The translations under genes were made by a program, and so were the position numbers. Shown in pieces: positions 23,786 to 32,000 of a stretch of DNA of 32,000 nt (position 1 is its first letter; each line of letters begins with the position of its first letter). Location of the stretch: the NCBI GenBank assembly GCA_963718915.1, contig CAVRAI010000015.1, forward strand, positions 840,001 to 872,000, read 5' to 3'. Origin of the DNA: an uncultured Chloroflexia bacterium (GTDB lineage Bacteria > Chloroflexota > Ktedonobacteria > Ktedonobacterales > JADMIN01). The notes under the pieces were generated by a model that made no database searches, was not told the DNA's origin, and saw only the letters and a program-made list of their open reading frames with translations.

Positions 23786-25018
23786 ATGCGCGATGGGTTC
23801 TCAGCCGACGACGATGAGGATGGTTCAATCCTCGAATTCGACGACGATTCGACCCTGAGTGGTCGGCATCTCCGGCGACTGCGGCGCGCCATCGTGCGGA
23901 CACTGCCGGTGCTCCTGCTGACGGCGCTGCTGCTGGCGGTTGCTGGGCAGCCCGAACTTGCGGCGTTCTTTCATCGCACGCCAAACGACGCGCCGGTTCC
24001 CATCACCGTGGTGTGCGATGTGCCATGGGCAGTTATTCGGGTGGATGGCCGTGGGGCCGCGACCTCCTGCCATCAGGGGATTGCTGGCGCGCTTCCGATG
24101 GCGCGACTGTCGGTGAGCGTTGGTCAGCATACATTATTGGCGATGGCTGACGGCTTCGCGCCCGATCCAATCTATATCGTCGCTCATGCGGGCACGCCTG
24201 GCCTCTACCTGACTGAGTTTGCCCTGACGTCCCAGGGAACCGCCGATGCGCTCGATGCCGTGAATAGCTTCTTTGCCACGGATTATGAACAGGTGGTTAC
24301 GCTCCCAGCCTCACTCTGGCAGGCCCTTGGGCTACGCGCGGCGCCTTCGGGGCCAGTGCTCGTCGTGCATGAGCGCTTCGAAGCCGTTGCGCTCGATGCG
24401 TACGAGCCATTCTACGCCGAGACAACCTATCAGCGTCCCATTGCGCCAGAGCTGGGGATGGTTGGTGTCGCGGCGGTGGTGCAAGAGCATGTCACCATCT
24501 ACGATAGCTGTGACGCCACGCCGCTGCTCGAACGGCGCATGCCTGTACTCTACACATCGCGCGCCAGCGTGACCTTCTCACTGCGTCCCGGCGCACAACA
24601 CTGGACGGCCACGAAGCCATATGCCCTCAACCCCACGGCAGACATCTTTACTGCGCCGAATATCGCCGCTACACCCACCACGCCAGGCTACCTGCTGGCG
24701 CTGACTGCCCGTACCGCACTCTCCGACTGGCTGGGTAGCCAGAGCCTGGTGGCGGGTGCGATCACTGCCCTGCCGCTCTCCAGCGCATCGGCCTGGGCGG
24801 CGGGAGTCGTGCTGACGCAACGCACCAGCACGCGCCAAGCGCCGAATGCCTCTGACGGCCACTCTGTGGCTATCTGGCTCTACATGGGCGGCGTGTTGCT
24901 GGCGCTCACCTCCGCTGCTCATATGCTTGCGCCGGGGGCCGTGGCTCCAGCGCTCACCGTTGCCGGGTTGCAGAGAAACCTGGCGCAACCGCTCGTCCGC
25001 GACTGTGGAGGTGAGTGA
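23786..25018 (+). CDS. Hypothetical membrane protein (acidic N-terminus, TM helix, PEGA-like beta domain, C-terminal TM helix)
   Basis: 410-aa ORF with GAGG RBS. TM helix TLPVLLLTALLLAVAG. The segment ITVVCDVPWAVIRVDGRG...VSVGQHTLLAMADGFAPDPIYIV resembles a PEGA domain. A second hydrophobic helix lies near residue 370. Confidence 0.55.
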   Translation: MRDGFSADDDEDGSILEFDDDSTLSGRHLRRLRRAIVRTLPVLLLTALLLAVAGQPELAAFFHRTPNDAPVPITVVCDVPWAVIRVDGRGAATSCHQGIAGALPMARLSVSVGQHTLLAMADGFAPDPIYIVAHAGTPGLYLTEFALTSQGTADALDAVNSFFATDYEQVVTLPASLWQALGLRAAPSGPVLVVHERFEAVALDAYEPFYAETTYQRPIAPELGMVGVAAVVQEHVTIYDSCDATPLLERRMPVLYTSRASVTFSLRPGAQHWTATKPYALNPTADIFTAPNIAATPTTPGYLLALTARTALSDWLGSQSLVAGAITALPLSSASAWAAGVVLTQRTSTRQAPNASDGHSVAIWLYMGGVLLALTSAAHMLAPGAVAPALTVAGLQRNLAQPLVRDCGGE

Positions 25019-25207
25019 AGGTCTTGTTCTTGCAATGCCCCTGGTTGCGTAGGTGTGATAAAAAATAAGGGATGAATGCGGACGATGATTCTCGTACGGC
25101 GTGTGTCGGGACGCACGCCTGGGCGATGTGGCAGTTTTTCAGCATGAGTGACTCTGTCGGATGGGCCTGCGATCAAATGAACAGTTACCGCGGAAAAGAG
25201 GTTGGCA

Positions 25208-26371
25208 ATGGCTGACGTTCGGTTCGATCACGTGTATAAGCGCTATGGCGACAACCCACCGGTTATTACCGACCTGAACCTGGAGATTGCCGACCACGAG
25301 TTTCTGGTGCTGGTTGGGCCATCTGGATGCGGCAAATCGACTGCATTGCGTATGATTGCGGGTCTGGAAGACATCTCGCAGGGCGACCTGTACATCGGCG
25401 ACCGCCTGGTAAACGATGTGGCGCCCAAAGATCGTGATATCGCGATGGTCTTTCAGAATTACGCGCTTTATCCGCATATGACGGTCTTCGACAATATGGC
25501 CTTTGCGCTGACGCTGCGGCATACACCGAAGGCGGAGATTCAGCAGCGTGTCGAGCAGGCGGCGCAGATGCTGGGCATTACCGCGTATCTCAAGCGGAAG
25601 CCGCGCGAGCTATCCGGCGGCCAGCGGCAACGTGTGGCGCTCGGGAGGGCGCTGGTGCGCGATCCGCGGGTGTTTCTCCTCGATGAGCCGCTCTCGAATC
25701 TGGATGCCAAGCTGCGCGTCCAGACACGGGCGGAGATCAGCCGGTTGCATCAGGCGACAGGAACCACCTTCGTCTACGTCACGCACGATCAGGTAGAAGC
25801 GATGACGATGGGCGACCGCATCGCCGTCCTGAACGCTGGCATCATTCAGCAATTGGGTACGCCACAGGAACTGTACGACCACCCTGCTAACTTGTTCGTC
25901 GCGGGCTTCATCGGCTCGCCGTCGATGGACTTTTTCGAGGTGAACCTTCACCGCGCCAGTGACGGCCAGGCTGAAGTCGTGGTGGGCAAAGGGGATGACG
26001 CGCAACGGCTCACGCTCCAGGGGCATGCGGCGGAGGTGGCCACTGGGCAGGCGCCCGGCGTGGGGGATACCTCAGATGGGCGTCCGCTGATAGTCGGCAT
26101 CCGCCCCGAAGATTTCAGCCTGGATGGTGCGCAAAGCGGCGATGGAACCACCATCTCAGGTGTCGTGGATGTCGTCGAGCATCTGGGCAACGAGCAACTG
26201 GTCTATGTGCGGCTGCCCGGCGCCTATGTGCCCGAAGCGTCGGAGACGAAAGGCTCGACGGCACGGCTCGGCGCGGGCGTGAAGGTCACTCCAGGAGAGC
26301 GCATCTCGCTTCGTGTGGATACGAGCCATATGCACTTCTTCGACCCGTCCTCGACGAATAGCCTCGTCTAA
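25208..26371 (+). CDS. Carbohydrate ABC-transporter ATP-binding protein (MalK/UgpC/MsiK type), stand-alone
   Basis: Walker [11 protein letters not shown]-loop, signature LSGGQRQR, Walker [13 protein letters not shown]-loop, and a C-terminal TOBE/MalK-like regulatory domain. AAGAGG RBS. No permease or binding-protein gene is adjacent. Confidence 0.9.
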   Translation: MADVRFDHVYKRYGDNPPVITDLNLEIADHEFLVLVGPSGCGKSTALRMIAGLEDISQGDLYIGDRLVNDVAPKDRDIAMVFQNYALYPHMTVFDNMAFALTLRHTPKAEIQQRVEQAAQMLGITAYLKRKPRELSGGQRQRVALGRALVRDPRVFLLDEPLSNLDAKLRVQTRAEISRLHQATGTTFVYVTHDQVEAMTMGDRIAVLNAGIIQQLGTPQELYDHPANLFVAGFIGSPSMDFFEVNLHRASDGQAEVVVGKGDDAQRLTLQGHAAEVATGQAPGVGDTSDGRPLIVGIRPEDFSLDGAQSGDGTTISGVVDVVEHLGNEQLVYVRLPGAYVPEASETKGSTARLGAGVKVTPGERISLRVDTSHMHFFDPSSTNSLV

Positions 26372-26403
26372 ACCCTGTGAATTGCTGGCGGCCTCTCGCC
26401 ACT

Positions 26404-26441
26404 CACCCCTCCTCAACGACCTTCGGGGAGGGGTGTTATTT
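26404..26441 (+). terminator. Intrinsic terminator CACCCCTCC...GGAGGGGTG plus TTATTT
   Basis: 9-bp GC-rich stem (26404-26412/26427-26435) followed by a T-rich tract, 33 nt after the ABC ATPase stop. Confidence 0.6.
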
Positions 26442-26468
26442 GCCCGCGCATCTTGCGCATGTTAGAAT
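26440..26468 (+). promoter_or_regulatory. Candidate promoter TTGCCC-17 nt-TAGAAT for fabI
   Basis: -35 at 26440-26445 and -10 at 26463-26468. The same TAGAAT -10 hexamer occurs in the riboswitch promoter. Confidence 0.45.
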
Positions 26469-26541
26469 GCGAGCGTCATTACGCGGGTCGTGTGGCCGCC
26501 AGATGGGGCCAGACTGTGAATAGTGTGCGGAGGATTCTGCG

Positions 26542-27324
26542 GTGGGAACACTCGACGGGAAGACCGGTCTCATCTTTGGGGTAGCCAATCATAACAGCAT
26601 CGCCTGGGCGATTGCGCAGAAGCTGGCTGAAGAGGGCGCTCGCCTCGCCTTCACCTATCAGGGGCGGATGGAGCAGAACGTGCGCAAACTCACCGCCGCC
26701 AATATGCCGGATGCGCCGGTGTTACCCTGTGATGTGCAGAGCGACGAAGACCTGGACGCCGTCTTTGACGAGGTCGGCAAGTCCTTTGGCGGGCTGGATA
26801 TCCTGATCCATAGCGTTGCGTTCGCGCCGACTGACGATCTCAGGGGTCGAGTCTCACACGTCTCACGGGCTGGCTTCACCGCATCGCTCGATATCAGCGC
26901 CTATTCGCTGCTGGCGATGGCGAAGCGCGCCGAACCGCTCATGCAGCAGCGTGGCGGTGGCAGCATTATCTCGATGACGTACCTTGGTAGCGAGCGTGTG
27001 GTTCCCGGGTATAACGTGATGGGCATCGCCAAGGCAGCTCTGGAAGCTTCGGTGCGCTATCTGGCGTGGGATCTCGGCCCGCAAAATATCACCGTTAACG
27101 GCATCTCGGCTGGCCCGCTACGCACGCTCTCGGCGCGAGGTGTCGGCAACATCAACGCGATGTTCGATCTGGTGGATCAGGTGGCGCCACTCCGCCGCAA
27201 CATCGAGCAGGGTGACATCGGCGATATGGCCGCATTTCTGTGCAGTCCGGCGGCGCGCAACCTGACAGGCGAGGTGATCCACCTGGACGCGGGCTTCCAT
27301 ATCATGGGCCTGGGCACGATGTAG
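26542..27324 (+). CDS. fabI: Enoyl-[acyl-carrier-protein] reductase (NADH), FabI
   Basis: GVANHNSIAW glycine-rich motif, catalytic Y-x6-K (YNVMGIAKAALE) and C-terminal GEVIHLDAGFHI. GTG start with GGAGG RBS. Confidence 0.9.
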   Translation: MGTLDGKTGLIFGVANHNSIAWAIAQKLAEEGARLAFTYQGRMEQNVRKLTAANMPDAPVLPCDVQSDEDLDAVFDEVGKSFGGLDILIHSVAFAPTDDLRGRVSHVSRAGFTASLDISAYSLLAMAKRAEPLMQQRGGGSIISMTYLGSERVVPGYNVMGIAKAALEASVRYLAWDLGPQNITVNGISAGPLRTLSARGVGNINAMFDLVDQVAPLRRNIEQGDIGDMAAFLCSPAARNLTGEVIHLDAGFHIMGLGTM

Positions 27325-27383
27325 CCCAACAGGCATTGCTGTGAGCAACGCGCTCAGCAGACCAATGTGGAAGCACAGCGCCA

Positions 27384-28031
27384 ATGGCTGATACTCCCAA
27401 ACCAAATACCAGTGAAAGCGCCGATACCATTGCGGAATTGGCGCGTGCGCGCCGCCGTATCCGCATGCTTCAGGTTGTCTCTGGCGTGCTGGTTGTCGCG
27501 GCAATCGCGCTGCTCGCGCATGGGCTGCTGACGCCCGCCACGCCCAGCGCCGCGACACCCGGACGGGCGACTTCGGGCGCCGGACCCACTTCGACGGCCG
27601 CCCCCACTGATCCTCTGATTGGGCATCCCGCGCCAGATGTTACCGTGCATGACATGCGCGACCATCTGACGTCATTGTCGAGTTTGCGCGGGAGCGTTGT
27701 CCTGCTCAACTTCTGGTATGTCTCGTGCCCGCCATGCCAGATCGAGATGCCTGCTCTCGAACGCGCATACCTTGCCCATCAGTCGCAGGGCTTCAAGGTC
27801 GTTGGTCTGGACGTGGTGGATGATGCCTCGACCATTTCGGAGTTCACCTCACGGCTGGGTATCACCTACCCCATCCTGCGCGACATTGGCCAGCGGGCCG
27901 TGCTGGCTTATCAGGTGCGCGCGACGCCTTCCTCCTACCTGATTGACCGCAACGGTGTCATCCGCGCCGTCTATACCGGCCCCATCAACACCTCGACATT
28001 CCAGCACGACGTAGCAGCCCTGCTCGCATAG
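27384..28031 (+). CDS. Membrane-anchored TlpA/ResA-like thiol-disulfide oxidoreductase (thioredoxin fold)
   Basis: N-terminal TM anchor, Pro/Ala/Thr linker, then a redoxin domain with active site WYVSCPPCQIEMP (CxxC). Confidence 0.8.
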   Translation: MADTPKPNTSESADTIAELARARRRIRMLQVVSGVLVVAAIALLAHGLLTPATPSAATPGRATSGAGPTSTAAPTDPLIGHPAPDVTVHDMRDHLTSLSSLRGSVVLLNFWYVSCPPCQIEMPALERAYLAHQSQGFKVVGLDVVDDASTISEFTSRLGITYPILRDIGQRAVLAYQVRATPSSYLIDRNGVIRAVYTGPINTSTFQHDVAALLA

Positions 28032-28196
28032 ATATGGCTGAGTCAATATAGCCGACGGATACGTCTGGTCAGGTTTTGCGCGCTGGTTCGATAGAGCTTC
28101 TGAAGGGTGAGGCACGATGTCTACCTGGTAGCTACCGCCTGATTGTTGTCCTGTGGGTGCGTGGTGAAAGTGAGCTGGGTATGTCGCGGGCGCGCC

Positions 28197-28772
28197 ATGT
28201 ATGACGAACGTACCACAGTGACCAGCCAGCTGCTCTCGGCGGATGCGTTTAGCGCGCTGGTGGAACGCTACCAGCAGCCGCTCTATGCCTTCCTGCGCGG
28301 ATTCGTTGAGAACGGCGAGCAGGCGCGCGACCTGGTTCAGGATACGTTTGCCGCGGCATGGCGCGCCACGCAGGCATGCATCGCGCCCTTCCTCGCGGAT
28401 AGCGCCGAGGTGGAGCAGCGCCGCTGGCTCTACCGTATCGCGTATCGTCGAGCAGTTGATCTGCTGCGCCGCAAGCAGCTGGTGCGCTGGGAGACGCTCG
28501 ATCCCATCGCTGAGATGGAGACGGGCGACCAGGCGCCATTCGAGGATAGGGTGATCGAAGGCGAGGCTTTGCGCGCCGCACTGGCGGAAATCCCATCGCA
28601 GGATGTCGCGTGCCTGCTCTTGCGAGTGGTACATGGCTTTAGCGCCGCCGAGACCGGCGAAATCATAGGCGCATCGGCTGAGGTGATTACCAAACGGCTC
28701 TCGCGCGCCCGGCAACGACTGCGCGCGGCGTATCTCGGGCAGAATCCACCTTCCAGCCAGGAGCGAGACTGA
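28197..28772 (+). CDS. ECF-type RNA polymerase sigma-70 family factor
   Basis: Region 2 (LYAFLRGFVENGEQARDLVQDTFAAAW) and region 4 HTH (FSAAETGEIIGASAEVITKRLSRARQRL). Start taken at ATG 28197. The stop overlaps the next ATG (ATGA). Confidence 0.85.
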   Translation: MYDERTTVTSQLLSADAFSALVERYQQPLYAFLRGFVENGEQARDLVQDTFAAAWRATQACIAPFLADSAEVEQRRWLYRIAYRRAVDLLRRKQLVRWETLDPIAEMETGDQAPFEDRVIEGEALRAALAEIPSQDVACLLLRVVHGFSAAETGEIIGASAEVITKRLSRARQRLRAAYLGQNPPSSQERD

Positions 28773-30400
28773 TGTTGAATGGCAAGTATCGCCCACCTGT
28801 TCCAGGGCCACTGTGTAGTAGCTACGCGCGCGCGCTGCCCGTGCTGGACGATCTGACGGATGCCCGCCTCGTCGCTGATACGCGCGCGCACCTGGAGGGG
28901 TGCGCCTGGTGCCGCGCCCAACGCGCAACCTACAACCGATTCGACGAGGCATTGCGCCTGCATTTCGCGCCGGACGTGATGCCCTCCCTTCCAATACACG
29001 TCATGGAGTTTTCTATGCCGGATATACACGACAACGTTTCGACGGTTATTCCCTCTGATGAGCATGATCGGGATGAGGAGGCGCTGCAACTCACCGTCTC
29101 GCCGCTGCCTATTCCACAGCGCCCGGCGCGTCGTTCCTGGCGGCTGGCTACCGGCGCGGCCTCACTTGCCGCCGTCCTGGTTATATCGCTGCTGGCTGGG
29201 CTGATCTTCATTTCGCACGGTCGTCCGCAATCCGCCACGAACAAACACGCGACAGCCACCCCAGCTATCGCGCCGGGGTCGCAGGCGAGCCTCTCCGCGA
29301 TTGGCATGTCATCAGAGACCGATGGGTGGGCAATGGGAACCCAGATACCGCCGGGCCAGAACGGCGGGAGTAGCGATGATCCGGCGTACGTGCTGCATTA
29401 TACTGGTGGGCGGTGGGTTCAGGCGCAGACCTCAATACATGCCTGGATTACCGCGATCAAGATGCTGAGTCCGACCGATGGCTGGGCGATTGGCAATCGG
29501 GTCTATCACTATGATGGGGTATCGTGGCGCGAAGCGAGCCTGCCGGTGAGTGCACAGTTCAACGCTATCGCCGCCGTCTCGCCCACTGATATCTGGATCG
29601 CAGGTGATGGCTCGTACGCCTATCCGCCTGATGGCAACGCGACCATTTTGCATTATGACGGCAAGACATGGACGCGCCAGGCTACTCCCAGGCTGGCGGA
29701 TTACTTCAGCATCACCAGCCTGTCGATGGTCTCGCCGACTGAGGGATGGGCGGTCGGCTCGGCCACGCTTGATGGCAGCAAGGGATGGTATCCGCCAACA
29801 GGCGCGATTCTGCGCTACGTCAACGGTACGTGGCGCATGGCGAAGACCCTTCCAGCCATGAACCTGCAAACGATCTCTATGGGATCAGCTAGCGACGGGT
29901 GGGTTGGTGGCAATATGGTCACCTATTCCAAAACAGGCCAGTTGCCGCAGACACAGTCCCCTGACGAGACCGATACGCCGAAGCTCTGGCGCTATACCCA
30001 CGGCCAGTGGGTCGAGGTCGGTATCCCACGGGCATCCGAACAGCCTGTGGACTATCCAGAAGTTGGCCAGATTGAAAGCATCAGGATGGTCACTGCGACA
30101 CAGGGGTGGTTGTTCGCCTCGTTTGAAACTCAGACAATCGCCCCCAATGACTCGACCTATCTGGGTCCATCCATATTCCAGTTGGAGAACGGCCATTGGA
30201 CGCAGATACCAGCAGAGCTGATTCATGGGCAACGGTTTGCGACGATTAGCCAGGTGAGTGTCACCTCATCTAATGAACTGTGGGGCGTTGGCAGTTGTAT
30301 ATCGTCAACTGGCACTCCTTACGGCACGGGCTATCTGGCGGATGTCACGCCGCTGATCGTTCACTTCAAGAAAGGTGTGTGGAGTGTCGTCGAGAGTTGA
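28772..30400 (+). CDS. Anti-sigma factor: N-terminal zinc-binding ZAS motif, one TM helix, extracytoplasmic seven-bladed beta-propeller
   Basis: HLEGCAWC (Hx3Cx2C). TM helix LATGAASLAAVLVISLLAGLIFI. Seven repeats of ..S.tDGWA.G... + ..Y.G..W (TDGWAMG, TDGWAIG, TDIWIAG, TEGWAVG, SDGWVGG, TQGWLFA, NELWGVG). Translationally coupled to the sigma gene. Confidence 0.75.
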   Translation: MLNGKYRPPVPGPLCSSYARALPVLDDLTDARLVADTRAHLEGCAWCRAQRATYNRFDEALRLHFAPDVMPSLPIHVMEFSMPDIHDNVSTVIPSDEHDRDEEALQLTVSPLPIPQRPARRSWRLATGAASLAAVLVISLLAGLIFISHGRPQSATNKHATATPAIAPGSQASLSAIGMSSETDGWAMGTQIPPGQNGGSSDDPAYVLHYTGGRWVQAQTSIHAWITAIKMLSPTDGWAIGNRVYHYDGVSWREASLPVSAQFNAIAAVSPTDIWIAGDGSYAYPPDGNATILHYDGKTWTRQATPRLADYFSITSLSMVSPTEGWAVGSATLDGSKGWYPPTGAILRYVNGTWRMAKTLPAMNLQTISMGSASDGWVGGNMVTYSKTGQLPQTQSPDETDTPKLWRYTHGQWVEVGIPRASEQPVDYPEVGQIESIRMVTATQGWLFASFETQTIAPNDSTYLGPSIFQLENGHWTQIPAELIHGQRFATISQVSVTSSNELWGVGSCISSTGTPYGTGYLADVTPLIVHFKKGVWSVVES

Positions 30401-30417
30401 ACCGACCTTGCCCCCAG

Positions 30418-30440
30418 CCCCTCTCCCGCAGGGAGAGGGG
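30418..30440. terminator. GC-rich hairpin CCCCTCTCCC-gca-GGGAGAGGGG between convergent genes (second copy of the 5168 element)
   Basis: Perfect 10-bp stem, 18 nt after the anti-sigma stop. A second small hairpin (TCCCTC-ttgcat-GAGGGA, 30462-30479) follows, before the UDG stop on the other strand. Confidence 0.5.
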
Positions 30441-30515
30441 AGCCAGAAACGCGCTGAAGCTTCCCTCTTGCATGAGGGAGATTATTCCGCGCCTCAGTAG
30501 GATGGGGCGGTGGTT

Positions 30516-31163
30516 CTAAAAAAGGGAGAGCTGCTTTGGTGGTTCGCCGTCGTCGTCCTTCTTCTCTGGCTTGCTGCCCGGCGCGCCCTCAGCCTCCATA
30601 CGACGCGCCTCTGCCAATGCAGGCGGGATGGAGCGCTTGAAGTCGTCCACCACGGTCTGACGTAGTGACTGCTGGTGGAGCGCCGCCGCTGGGTGATACA
30701 TCGCCACGACGACGCGGCCATCCACTTTCTTCGCCTGGCCGTGAATCGCGCTGATCTTCGCGCCGGGGAAGAAGCGCGCCATCGAAAAGCGGCCTAGGGT
30801 GACGATCACTTTGGGGTTGAGTGCGGCGATCTGGCGGGTGAGGTAGTCGGAGCAGGCGGCAATCTCGTCGGGCAGGGGGTCGCGGTTCTCGGGAGGGCGG
30901 TGCTTGACAACGTTGGTGATGAAGACGGTGCTGCGATCCAGGCCGACGGAGCCGAGCAGTTCATTGAGAAACTGCCCCGCGGGGCCAACAAACGGACGCC
31001 CCTGGCGGTCTTCGTGGAAGCCGGGCGCTTCGCCGATGAAGAGCACCTCGGCGTGGGGGCTACCTTCACCGGGGACGCCGTTTCTGGTGTTCTTGCACAG
31101 ATCGCATTTCGTACAGACACGCACCTCCGCCGCGACCTCTTCCAGCACATCTTCGACTGCCAT
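30516..31163 (-). CDS. Family-4 uracil-DNA glycosylase (Fe-S type)
   Basis: CTKCDLC cluster cysteines, GEAPG motif, FVGPAGQFLNELL and a C-terminal HPAA motif. GAGGGGG RBS. Confidence 0.85.
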   Translation of the reverse strand: MAVEDVLEEVAAEVRVCTKCDLCKNTRNGVPGEGSPHAEVLFIGEAPGFHEDRQGRPFVGPAGQFLNELLGSVGLDRSTVFITNVVKHRPPENRDPLPDEIAACSDYLTRQIAALNPKVIVTLGRFSMARFFPGAKISAIHGQAKKVDGRVVVAMYHPAAALHQQSLRQTVVDDFKRSIPPALAEARRMEAEGAPGSKPEKKDDDGEPPKQLSLF

Positions 31164-31394
31164 GTCGTTACCCCCTCAGTTGAGTAGTCACTGACCCAGC
31201 CACACCATGTATTCGCAAGATAGCACACCAGCAGCCGCACTGTATAGCCTGGCAGGCCGCGATGAATGATGATGTCTCTTTGTTATCAGTTCTCGTGCGT
31301 GCGTTTCGATATGGAAGAATCTGGTTCGCAAGAACGTATGATACACTCAGATGCTGTTGCTGTCACACCTACAAGCAGCCGGTGGGAGAAACGC

Positions 31395-32000
31395 CGTGAT
31401 CCGCGATCAGAACCGCTTGCTGCAACAGCTGCGCCAATTGCATGAAGCCATTCAACGGGCGGTCGTCGTCTCGACGGAGCGAGCGGCCCCTGGCGCGCTG
31501 GCGGCGGTAGTTGCCGATTCCGACGATAGTGACACTATCTACGCGCTCGACCGTATCAGCGAAGACTATCTCGTCGACTGGTTCGCCCGCGAGGTTGCTC
31601 CAGAGCGGCCGATGCTGCTGGTGGCTGAGGGGTTGCCCGATAGCGGCAATGGGCCAGGTATGCTGGCGTTGCCGCGTGGCATCAGCGCCGATGAGGCTGA
31701 AGTGCGCGTATTGATGGACCCGATTGACGGCACGCGCGGCCTGATGTTCCAGAAGCGGAGCGCGTGGATTCTCACCGGCGTCGCGCCTAACTGCGGCCCG
31801 GATACGTCCCTGAGCGATATCGAGCTGGCGGTGCAGACGGAGATTCCACTGGTCAAGCAGCATCTCGCCGATACGCTCTGGGCCATGCGCGGTGATGGCT
31901 TCAGCGCCGCGCGCTACAACCGACTTACCGGCGAGTATATGCCGCTCGCGCTCCACCCTGACTCCACCACCACGATTGCCCACCACTTTGCCACCGTGGC
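31395..32000 (+). CDS. Inositol-monophosphatase/FBPase-superfamily-like protein, 5' partial (runs off the window)
   Basis: This ORF is not in the supplied track. It is an open frame of 202 codons from GTG 31395 (GGTGGGAG RBS) with no stop before the window end. It contains VLMDPIDGTRG (the DPIDGT metal-binding motif). Its codon usage is GC3-rich, unlike the antisense ORF 31369-31986. Confidence 0.6.

Noticed and set aside
31369-31986. 205-aa minus-strand ORF, the only ORF the track lists in this region.
   Set aside because: The opposite strand carries an open frame with a DPIDGT (IMPase-family) motif and a good RBS. The minus ORF has biased Arg/Gly composition and no recognisable domain.

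Overview
High-GC (roughly 60-65%), gene-dense bacterial chromosomal segment with about 33 protein genes, one tRNA and one riboswitch. I saw no rRNA, CRISPR array, transposase, integrase or phage genes. The content is mainly housekeeping and metabolic: M20 peptidase, PTPS/QueD-like enzyme, glutamate dehydrogenase, GT4 glycosyltransferase, S9 peptidase, CoaX, MBL hydrolase, DUF1634+TauE pair, amine oxidase, VOC protein, WYL regulator, crotonase, beta-propeller lipoprotein, SDR, two CrcB, tRNA-Val, MalQ, orphan sugar-ABC ATPase, FabI, TlpA-like redoxin, ECF sigma/anti-sigma pair, family-4 UDG and a partial IMPase-like gene. The gene mix suggests a high-GC Terrabacteria genome (Chloroflexota or Actinomycetota-like), but the taxon cannot be fixed from sequence alone. 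I cannot defend a clear new multi-gene system such as a defence island. The best leads are listed here. (1) A strong promoter followed by a ~290-nt rod-like structured leader or sRNA upstream of the PTPS-like gene, matching no riboswitch class I recognise. (2) An ECF sigma with a ZAS anti-sigma whose extracytoplasmic sensor is a seven-bladed GWAxG propeller. (3) A minus-strand module of WYL regulator, VOC, duplicated 4-TM membrane protein (one copy frameshifted) and amine oxidase. (4) A fluoride riboswitch with terminator that is absent from the ORF track and resets the crcB start. (5) Probable single-base frameshifts in a crotonase 3' end and in a membrane-protein paralog. (6) A palindromic element shared by two convergent gene junctions. 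Many long ORFs in the track are antisense shadow ORFs typical of high-GC DNA and were rejected.
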